From Candidatus Electrothrix sp. GW3-4 (GTDB lineage Bacteria > Desulfobacterota > Desulfobulbia > Desulfobulbales > Desulfobulbaceae): 32,000 nucleotides of DNA. This document shows, piece by piece, positions 23,821 through 32,000 of the stretch. The notes beneath the pieces were generated by a model that saw only the letters and a list, made by a program, of their open reading frames with translations, was not told where the DNA came from and searched no databases. A program made the position numbers and the translations under genes. Where the stretch lies: positions 3,300,001 through 3,332,000 of the forward strand of contig NZ_CP147990.1 in NCBI RefSeq assembly GCF_037902255.1, read 5' to 3'. Position 1 is the first letter of the stretch. The number at the start of each line of letters is the position of its first letter.

Positions 23821-25164
23821 ATGAAGCGATATATCTGCGCCTGCCTCTGCTGTCTGCCAGTGCTCATACTGACAAGTTCCTCTGTTCTCGCCGCTGAAAA
23901 AGACAAGAATACCCTGGCCGCATACCTTGAACAGGCCCTTGTTGGCAATGATAGCCTGCTGGCGGCCCAGGCCGAACTGCGTGCTGCCTCGGCAAGGGTA
24001 CGCCAGGCTGGCGTCCTGCCGGACCCGAAACTGGAGGTGCAGTATTATCTGCAACCCATTGAGACCAGAACCGGACCGCAGCAGGCAGCCATAGGCATCG
24101 GACAGGGCCTGCCCTGGTTTGGCAAACTGGCCCTGATGCGCAAGATGGGAGACCATGACGAGGCCCTTGCCGCAGCCAAGGTCGCGGCAGCGGAGCTGGA
24201 GGTGGTCCGGCAGGTGAAAGAGACCTATATCGAATACTGTTTTCTCGGTCGTTCGCAGCAGATTCTGAGCGACAACCTTGAACTGCTCCATTATCTGGAA
24301 GGAGTGGCCCGTGATCGCTATACCGGCGGCAAGGCCACCTACTTTGACGTGCTCAAGGTCCAGGTGGAGCTGGCCCAGACAGAGGATAAGGTCCGTACCC
24401 TGGCGGATCAGACAATGCCGCTCCGTGTCCGCCTCAACAACCTCCTGGGCACAGGGCCGGAACGGAGCCGTCCGCTGCCGGAACAGCTGCCAAGGGTTGT
24501 CTTGAAAAAGAAGGCAGAGACAATTTATCCCCTTGCCTTGAAAAAGGCCCCGCTGCTGCTGGCGGCGCAGGAGCGCATTGCCAAGGCGCGTACTGGCAGA
24601 GAACTAGCGGACAAGGCGTTCTTCCCGGACTTCCAGATCTCGTTAAAAACCATTTTTACCGGGTCAGCAGAATACGGCGATCCGCCGGATAGCGGCTCTG
24701 ATCCGGTCATTGCCGGGGTGAGTATGAACATCCCCCTGTTCCGGGAGCGTCGCCATGCCAGGGTGGCTGAGCAGGAAACAGCTGTGAGCGGGGCGCAGGC
24801 CATGGAGGCGGAGCAACAGCGGGGGATACAAAACAAGATTGAGCAGGGCCTGTACGCCTACCGGGATGCAGAGCGCAGAGTGGCCCTGTATCGCGATGAG
24901 CTGCTCCCTAAAGTCAGGCAGCAGCTGGAGGTGGCCGTCAGCGGCTTCCAGAGCGGTAAAAATTCCATCCTGGAGATTATTGATGCAGAAAAGAGCCTAC
25001 TGACCTTTGACTTGGCTAAGAGTCGTGCCTTGGCCGACAGGGCCCTTGCTGTGGCAGGGCTAGAGGCCCAGGCCGGAGCAGTGCTGGCAAGCTGGACCCA
25101 GGACGAGCAGAAGAAGACAAGAGAAGAGAAAAAGAGCAAAACTGAAAGCCGTTCGGACAGTTGA
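23821..25164 (+). CDS. TolC/CusC-family outer-membrane efflux protein
   Basis: 447-aa ORF. It has a signal peptide and two OEP-type coiled-coil/beta repeats ('LEQALVGNDSLLAAQAELRAA', 'YFDVLKVQVELAQTEDK'). It lies upstream of the adaptor and RND pump genes. Confidence 0.8.
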   Translation: MKRYICACLCCLPVLILTSSSVLAAEKDKNTLAAYLEQALVGNDSLLAAQAELRAASARVRQAGVLPDPKLEVQYYLQPIETRTGPQQAAIGIGQGLPWFGKLALMRKMGDHDEALAAAKVAAAELEVVRQVKETYIEYCFLGRSQQILSDNLELLHYLEGVARDRYTGGKATYFDVLKVQVELAQTEDKVRTLADQTMPLRVRLNNLLGTGPERSRPLPEQLPRVVLKKKAETIYPLALKKAPLLLAAQERIAKARTGRELADKAFFPDFQISLKTIFTGSAEYGDPPDSGSDPVIAGVSMNIPLFRERRHARVAEQETAVSGAQAMEAEQQRGIQNKIEQGLYAYRDAERRVALYRDELLPKVRQQLEVAVSGFQSGKNSILEIIDAEKSLLTFDLAKSRALADRALAVAGLEAQAGAVLASWTQDEQKKTREEKKSKTESRSDS

Positions 25165-25218
25165 GGAATGTCCCCGGCTGTCATTAGCCACACCAACATA
25201 AAGAAAAGGAGTACAATT

Positions 25219-25569
25219 ATGCGTATCATCAGAACATTCGGCCTGGTAGGTTTATGTCTTTTCGTGCTGCTGACCTTTGCCGGAACGGCCCTGGCAGAAG
25301 CCGCAGACCACCTGCCCGGTCATGGGCGGCAAGATCAATAAAGAGATCTATGTGGATTATCAGGGACAGCGGATCTATTTCTGCTGTGAGGCCTGTCCGC
25401 CGGAATTCAAGAAAGATCCAGAGAAATACCTGGCCAAGTTGAAAGATCTGGGCCAGGAGCCGGAGAAGATTGAGCAAGGCGAGAAAGAGAAGAAAAAGAA
25501 AGAGAGATGCCTGAGCATAATATGGACATGTCCGAGCATCACATGGATACGCCAGAGCATAAGGAATAG
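25219..25569 (+). pseudogene. Secreted YHS-domain metal-binding protein (copy 2) with Met/His-rich tail; two opposite-sign frameshifts as written
   Basis: Three segments in two frames. (1) The signal peptide MRIIRTFGLVGLCLFVLLTFAGTALA is in frame 1 and stops at 25339. (2) The YHS core 'KPQTTCPVMGGKINKEIYVDYQGQRIYFCCEACPPEFKKDPEKYLAKL' is in frame 2. (3) The tail 'MPEHNMDMSEHHMDTPEHKE*' is back in frame 1. AAAGGAG SD lies before ATG 25219. Confidence 0.75.
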
Positions 25570-25578
25570 GAGGATATC

Positions 25579-27666
25579 ATGCGGGATCTGTTTTTTCACC
25601 TGATCATCCTGATCTGTTGTGGGCTTCCTCTCTTCTCAGGAAACGCCTTTGCTGAACAAGCAGATCCTGCTGGGCATCAGCACGAGCAGGCCCCGGCAAC
25701 GGTCTGGACCTGCTCCATGCATCCCCAGATCCAGCTCCCGGAACCCGGTCAATGTCCTATCTGTTTTATGGATCTGATCGAGGTGGAAAAACAGAACAAC
25801 GAAGAGCGCCTCAGTCTGCGCCAGATCTCTCTGGACAGTCAGGCGAGAAAGCTGGCAGAGATCGAAGTACAGCCGGTCATCCGAGGGAACAAGGAAACCG
25901 ATGCGAGCATACAGATCTTCGGACGGATCGATTACGATGAGACCAGAGTCAGCACCATCACCTCCTGGGTGGACGGTCGCATTGACCGGCTCCTGGTTGA
26001 TTATACCGGTGCGACAGTGCAACGTGGACAGGCTGTGGCCCAGGTATACAGTCCAGAACTGTTCACGGCCCAGGCCGAGCTGATCCAGGCCCTGCAGGAG
26101 GTCAAGCGGGTTGGAAAATCAGAGAACAGCTTAGTCAAAAAAATGGCTGGCCGCACCCTGGCCGCGGCACGGGAAAAGCTGCGCCTGCTGGGGATCGGCA
26201 AAAAACAGCTGCAGGCCATGGAAGGGTTGGAACAACCTGCCCAGCATGTCACCCTCACTGCTCCGCAGGCCGGGGTGGTGATTGAGAAGCATGTCAACGA
26301 GGGCGTGTACGTCAAGACCGGCAATCCAGTCTACACCCTGGCCGACTTGTCCCAGGTCTGGGTGATCCTTGAGGTCTATGAATCAGACCTCCAAGCGGTC
26401 AGCATGGGGCAGAAGGTCGGCTTTACCGTGGAGGCCTATCCCGGTACCGAGTTTCAGGGCAAGGTGGTGTACATCGATCCGCTGGTGGATGAAAAAACCG
26501 GACCGTCCGGGTGCGTCTCAATGCTGATAACAGCAAAGGAAAACTAAAACCGGGGATGTTTATCCGGGCAGAGCTGGTCGTCCCGGCAGACGGACCAGGA
26601 CAGGCCCCGCTGCTGATCCCGGCCTCAGCCCCCTTGCTCACCGGCAAACGGGCCTTGGTCTATGTCCAGCTCCCGGATAAACCAGGGACCTATATCGGAC
26701 GCGAGGTGGTGCTGGGCTCACGGCGGGGAGACTACTACGAGGTAAAGAATGGGCTCAAGGAGGAGGAATTGGTCGTTATGCGAGGGAATTTCAAGATCGA
26801 CTCCGCCATCCAGCTCCAGGCCCGTCCCTCGATGATGAATCCCTTTACAGGGAGTGGTGACCAACAGAACAAGGCATTTCCCGAGCTCTTTTCCTCCCGA
26901 CTTGATCTCTTGAACCAAAGTTTTGTTGAACTCTCCCGGGAGACCCACAAACAGGACGGACAGGATGGAGGCCGATATCGCTCTGCCTTACAGGATTTCA
27001 AGCGGGCACTCTCTGCCATAACCGAAGAGGGGCTTAAAGAAGAGGAGAAGTTAAACTGGCAGGAGTTTGCCATGCTCCTGACAAATGACCTTATCCTCCT
27101 CCAGGAAGCAGAGGACGGCCAAGAAGCCCGACGAATCTACATCGAGTTTGCCGAGCATTTTCATCAGGTCCGTGAACGTTTTGCCATCCGGGACATTCCG
27201 GCAACCCATGCCGCCTCCCCGGAGCTCCAGGCCAAGGTAGGGGATCTGCTCAAAGGCTACCTGATCCTCCAACAAAACCTTGCGACAGATAATGAGCAGG
27301 TGGCCCTGGAGTCGGCAGCGGCCCTCCCCCTTAACAGCTTCCTTAATCACTGCCCTTCGCCAAACAGCAGCAAAGGAAGCAGGTGAGCTGGCAAAACGTC
27401 TGGAAGAGGGCATGCAAGGAGTATCAGCAGCAGGAAACCTGATCGAGCTTCGCACGGCCTTTTATCCCTATAGTCAGGCCGTGGTCGAAACAGTGGAGAC
27501 CTATGGTAGTAACGACCATACCTCCTGGTTTGTCCACTTCTGTCCCATGGCCTTTGATAACACTGGTGCCACCTGGTTGGCGCCCTCAGAGGAGATCAAT
27601 AATCCCTATTTCGGGACCATGATGCTCCGCTGTGGCGAGGTACGGAAGCAGCTGACGCAGGAGTGA
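25579..27666 (+). pseudogene. cusB: CusB-like RND periplasmic adaptor with N-terminal heavy-metal-binding motif and C-terminal DUF3347-like domain; two frameshifts as written
   Basis: 'WTCSMHPQIQLPEPGQCPICFMDL' is the metal-binding motif. The adaptor core continues across 26497 only after a -1 correction (…VDEKT|RTVRVRLNADNSKGKLKPGMF…). It continues across the C5 run at 27326-27330 only after a +1 correction. The C-terminus reads 'FCPMAFDNTGATWL...INNPYFGTMMLRCGE'. Confidence 0.8.
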
Positions 27667-27728
27667 AGGGTAGAGCCTTCTCTCCTCGTCCCAGCAGACC
27701 AAGGATTCCACGCCATTCAGTCCGGTGT

Positions 27729-27899
27729 TCAGAAAGCCCAAGTGCCCAAGAGCAGCAACACGGCTGCCAGAGCAACCAGATGAAACGCCACTGGGCTGAC
27801 TATGGGAATGGCCAGGAACGAACCAAGCATACCGACAATGAACAAGACCATTGCGACGTTCCACAGGTTTCGATTTGGTCTATGTAATTTGATCTTCAT
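27729..27899 (-). CDS. Small (56 aa) two-TM hydrophobic protein, antisense between cusB and cusA
   Basis: MKIKLHRPNRNLWNVAMVLFIVGMLGSFLAIPIVSPVAFHLVALAAVLLLLGTWAF*. AAGGAGG SD lies about 9 nt upstream of the ATG. It is below the length cut-off of the ORF track. No family was recognised. Confidence 0.45.
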   Translation of the reverse strand: MKIKLHRPNRNLWNVAMVLFIVGMLGSFLAIPIVSPVAFHLVALAAVLLLLGTWAF

Positions 27900-28032
27900 T
27901 GTATGCTACCTCCTTGGGACAGATTGATATCGACCGGAGCAAGGACTCCCCTGCATCCAGCCTATGGTCGTTAACTAATATGCGTTGTCCGCATTCATTG
28001 TACTCAAGCAGCCCTCCTGGGCTCAATACCAT

Positions 28033-28285
28033 GAGATCAGGAGCAGACAAAAAACCATCCTCACCGGGAGAACTTCCTTCTGGAACGGGAGAAAAACTTG
28101 CTGCAGCGGGAAAATGTCTCCCCGGATCGGCAGAAATTGCACTGCGGCAGGAAGAATGCGTTCTGCAGTGGGAAAAAATGGTCCTGGAGCAGGCAAAAAT
28201 CATTCTGTAACGGGAGAAAACGGGCCTACAGGAGGAAAAAATCATCCTGCAGCAGGAGAAAGTCATTCTGTAGCACTGCAAGGCC
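28033..28285. repeat. Intergenic tandem array, 21-bp unit x ~12 (consensus ~ (c/t)CTGCAGCAGGAGAAAAATCAT)
   Basis: The CTG(C/G/T)A-type anchor occurs at 28038, 28059, 28080, 28101, 28122, 28142, 28163, 28184, 28205, 28226, 28247 and 28268. Spacing is 21 nt, with one 20-nt step. Each unit has a GGA/GGGA core followed by an A-tract. Confidence 0.85.
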
Positions 28286-28337
28286 ATTTTTGCTTGCCGC
28301 ACCCGCTTCTCTTCCAGAAAATATTGACAAGAAAACA

Positions 28338-31300
28338 ATGAACCACCAAAACAACCACCTCCCCCGGCCACCTCCCCAGTCAGTGCCATCATTCGCTTCT
28401 GCCTGCTCAACAAAATGGTCATCGCCCTGCTCCTGCTGGCCCTGACCGGCTGGGGCCTGATGGTTGCGCCCTTTAACTTCAATCTGGGCGGCCTGCCCCG
28501 CGATCCGGTGCCGGTGGATGCCATCCCGGACATCGGCGAGAACCAACAGATCGTGTTCACCAAATGGGCGGGTCGTTCGCCTCAGGACATGGAGGATCAG
28601 GTCACCTATCCGCTCACCGTGTCCCTGCTCGGCTTGCCCGGGGTCAAGACCGTGCGCAGCTACTCCATGTTCGGCTTCTCTTCCATCTACGTCATCTTTG
28701 ACGACTCAGTGGAGTTCTACTGGTCCCGGTCCCGGCTCCTGGAAAAACTCTCCAGCCTGCCGCCAGGCACCCTGCCCGACGGGGTCCGCCCCACCTTGGG
28801 CCCGGATGCCACCGGCCTGGGGCAGATTTTCTGGTACACCCTGGAGGGCCGCACCCCGGACGGCAAACCCGCAGGCGGCTGGGATCTGGCCGAACTGCGT
28901 TCCATCCAGGACTGGTATGTGCGCTACGCCCTGATGGGGGCCTCCGGGATCTCAGAAGTAGCCTCCATCGGCGGTTTTGTCAAGGAATACCAGATCGACG
29001 TGGACCCGGATGCCCTGCATGACCGGGGCGTGAGCCTGGCAGAGGTCTTTGCTGCGGTGCGCCAGTCCAATATCGATGTGGGGGCGCGCACCATCGAGAT
29101 CAACCGGGTGGAGTACGTGATCCGGGGCATCGGCTTTGTCAAGAGCCTCAAGGATCTGGAACAGTCGGTGATCAAGGCGGTGGATAATATCCCCATCCGC
29201 ATCGCGGACGTGGCCACGGTGAGCCTGGGCCCGGCCCTGCGGCGGGGGTGCTGGACAAGGCCGGCAGCGAGGTGGTGGGCGGAGTGGCGGTGGTGCGCTA
29301 CGGCGATAATCCGCTGGCCGCCATTGAGCGGGTCAAGGAGAAAATTCAGGAGATCTCGCCGGGTCTGCCCAGCAAGACCTTGGCCGACGGCACAGTAAGC
29401 AAGGTGACCATCGTGCCCTTCTACGACCGCTCCGGCCTGATCCACGAGACCCTGGACACCCTGAAGACCGCCCTGAGCGAGGAGATCCTGATCACCATCA
29501 TCGTGATCCTGGTCACGGTCATGCACCTTCGCAGCTCCTTGCTCATTTCCGCCCTCCTGCCCCTGACCGTGCTCATGGCCTTTATCGGCATGAAGGTCTT
29601 CGGTGTGGATGCCAACGTGGTGGCCCTGTCCGGCATTGCCATCGCCATCGGCACCATCGTGGACATGGGGATCATCATCTGCGAGAACATCCTCACCCGG
29701 ATGGACGAGGCCGGGCCCGAGGAATCCACCCTGCGGATCATCTATGATGCCTCGGTGGAAGTGGGTAGCGCCGTGCTGACCGCAGTGGCCACTACCATAG
29801 TCAGCTTTCTGCCGGTCTTCACCATGCAGGCCGCCGAAGGCAAGCTGTTCAGGCCCCTGGCCTATACCAAGACATTCGCCCTGATCTCCTCGGTGGTCAT
29901 CGCCCTGACCGTACTGCCGCCCCTGGCCCATGTCCTGTTCCGGCGCAAAAAAAGGGCAAAGCATCATGGAAAATTCGTTTTTTCCTTCCTGTCCTGCTGA
30001 TTATTGCCGGGATTGTACTGGCCTGGAAGGTCCATCTGCTGGCCCTAATCCTGCTCGGCCTGGGGCTTTACCGCCTGATCCTTCAGTTCCTGCCGAAAAA
30101 AATTCTGCCCGTCCTCACCCGGCTGGAGAACTGGCTGGTCATCCTGCTGGTCATGGTGCTGCTGGCCCGGAGCTGGCAGCCTCTGGGAATTGAGAAAGGT
30201 GCATGGGCCAATTTCTTCTTTGTCGGCCTGCTCATCGGCGGCCTGCTGGGATCGTTCCAGGTCTTTCAGTGGCTCTACCCGCTCCTGTTGCGCATCTTTC
30301 TCCGCTGGAAACTGATCTTCCTGATCTTCCCCCTGCTGATCGTCATCGGCGGAGCAATGGTCTGGCTCGGTGTGCCCAAACTCACCGGCTGGCTGCCGGA
30401 TTCTATCCGCCGCACCAAACCCATGATGACCCTGGCCCACAGCTTCCCCGGTCTGGGCCGGGAGTTCATGCCTGCCCTGGATGAGGGTTCGTTCCTCTAC
30501 ATGCCCACCACCATGCCCCATGCCGGGCTGACCGAGGTACAGGAAGTCTTGGCGGCTCAGGATCGGGCCATCACCGCCATCCCGGAGGTAGAATCGGCTG
30601 TGGGCAAGCTGGGCCGGGCCGAGACCCCGCTGGATCCTGCGCCGCTTTCCATGATCGAGACCATCATCAATTATCATTCTGAATATCTGGAGGATGCAGA
30701 CGGAAAACGCCTCCTGTTCGCCTGGCGGGCGGACAGAAAAGATTTCTGTCGCAGCCCGGAAGGGGTGCTGCTCAAGGCCGGGGATGGCATGCCCTATCTG
30801 GTCCGGGGACGCTTTGAACGGGATGAGCGCGGGTGGCTCATCCCTGATCCTGAGGGAAGGCCCTTCCGGCTCTGGCGAACCGCCCTTGATCCGGCCATCA
30901 ACCCGGAGCGCGAGGCCTGGGCAGGCATTCAGACCCCGGACGACATCTGGAACGAGATCGTCCGGGCCGCCGAGATCCCCGGTGTGACCTCGGCTCCCAA
31001 ACTCCAGCCCATTGCTGCCCGCATCGTCATGCTCCAGAGCGGCATGCGCGCGCCCATGGGCATCAAGGTCAAGGGACCGGACCTGGCCACTATCGAGCAG
31101 GTGGGGCTGGACCTGGAACGATTGGTCAAGCAGGTGCCCTCGGTTTCACCCCTGACCGTGCTGGCCGACCGGGTGGTGGGCAAGCCCTATCTGGAAATCG
31201 TTATCGACCGCGAGGCCATCTCCCGGCACGGGATCAAGCTGGGCAGGGTGCAGGAGGTGATTTCTGCGGCAGTGGGCGGCAAGATGGTCACTATGACCGT

Positions 31301-32000
31301 GGAAGGCCGGGAACGCTATCCGGTACAGGTGCGCTATCAACGCGAGCGGCGCGACTCTCTGGAGGCACTGAGCCGCATCCTGGTCACCGCCTCCACCGGC
31401 GAACACATCCCCTTGGCCCAGCTGGCCGACATCCGCTATGTGCGCGGCCCGCAGATGATCAAGAGCGAGGACACCTTCCTGACCGGCTATGTCCTGTTTG
31501 ACAAAAAAAAGGGCTTTGCCGAGGTGGATGTGGTGGAGCAGACCCGCCAGTTTCTCCAGGAGAAGATCGACAGCGGCGAACTGCGCATCCCGCCGGGTGT
31601 GTCCTACACCTTTGCCGGGAATTACGAGAACCAGATCCGGGCCCAGAAACGGCTCTCCGTGATCCTGCCCCTGGCCCTGCTGGTGATCATGCTCATTCTC
31701 TATCTCCAGTTCCGCTCTCTGGGCACGACCATGATGGTCTTCTCCGCCATCCTGGTGGCCTGGTCCGGCGGCTTCCTGATGATCTGGCTCTACGGACAGG
31801 ACTGGTTTCTGGATTTTTCCCTGTTCGATACGGACATGCGCAAACTCTTCCAGGTCCACGGTATCAACCTCTCCGTGGCGATCTGGGTGGGCTTCCTGGC
31901 CCTGTTCGGTATTGCCACCGATGACGGGGTGCTCATGGCCACCTATCTGGACGAGTCCAGGGCCCGCCTCAGGGATAGGGAGGGCAGAACCCGGCAGGAG
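28338..32000 (+). pseudogene. cusA: CusA/CzcA-family heavy-metal RND efflux pump, 3' end beyond the window; at least three frameshifts as written
   Basis: Four frame segments:
- 'MNHQNNHLP' starts at ATG 28338 (frame 0).
- 'SAIIRFCLLNKMVIALLLLALTGWG...DAIPDIGENQQIVFTKWAGRSPQDMEDQVTYPL' is in the frame of 28415.
- The frame of 29248 takes over after the G5 run at 29244-29248.
- Frame 0 takes over after the A7 run at 29947-29953.
That last frame is open to 32000 ('GREFMPALDEGSFLYMP', 'MGIKVKGPDL', 'ALFGIATDDGV'). This part is absent from the ORF track because it has no stop in the window. Confidence 0.85.

Noticed and set aside
27880-28563. 227-aa minus-strand ORF (…CRMIFSSCRPVFSRYRMIFACSR…)
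   Set aside because: It reads through the 21-bp array, hence the 7-aa Cys/Arg/Ser periodicity, and then antisense into the cusA 5' end. It has no plausible RBS or domain. The plus-strand ORFs 27985-28341 and 28098-28445 are rejected for the same reason.
28924-31859. Minus-strand ORFs 28924-29967 (347 aa), 30045-30677 (210 aa) and 31146-31859 (237 aa)
   Set aside because: All are antisense to the cusA-like RND pump. They are His/Gly/Asp/Gln-rich shadow translations.

Overview
The window looks like a chromosomal segment from a Desulfobacterota-like (Desulfobulbales-type) bacterium; that taxon call is inference from gene content only. All homology calls below are by-eye motif recognition, because no searches were possible.

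Left third, minus strand, housekeeping: maf, truA, argC, rpsI, rplM and tRNA-Gly(GCC). Mixed in are an LRR-Roc-COR (ROCO) GTPase and a membrane GT2 glycosyltransferase.

Middle: a tandem-Usp / MBL-fold / pseudo-receiver(DUF4388-like) cluster, then comEA, then a sulfurylase-like/APS-kinase fusion.

Most interesting locus (14.07-17.4 kb): an intact periplasmic YHS metallochaperone-like gene plus a 37-codon remnant of a cusB-like gene. This remnant is a partial paralogue of the cus locus at 25.2 kb. It abuts a tightly coupled three-gene operon:
- a patatin-like phospholipase;
- a stand-alone SLOG/LOG-like Rossmannoid protein;
- a TIR - single TM - catalytically degenerate SNase-like protein.
I read this operon as a candidate undescribed TIR-signalling (Thoeris-like logic) defence or conflict system with a phospholipase effector.

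Right 40%: an orphan hypABFCDE maturation cluster and a cusC-like/YHS/cusB/cusA efflux locus. Both are heavily damaged as written. hypF is split by a 59-bp palindromic MITE/REP-like insertion, and at least 9 frameshifts lie in hypD, YHS-2, cusB and cusA. No frameshift is seen in the first ~17.5 kb.

Two phased tandem arrays (23 bp x ~9 and 21 bp x ~12) and a GTAGGGGC...GCCCCTAC hairpin repeat family occupy the intergenic space.

The supplied ORF track misses four things: the tRNA, a 56-aa SD-preceded membrane ORF, the true frames of the frameshifted genes, and the ~2 kb 3' part of cusA that runs off the window.
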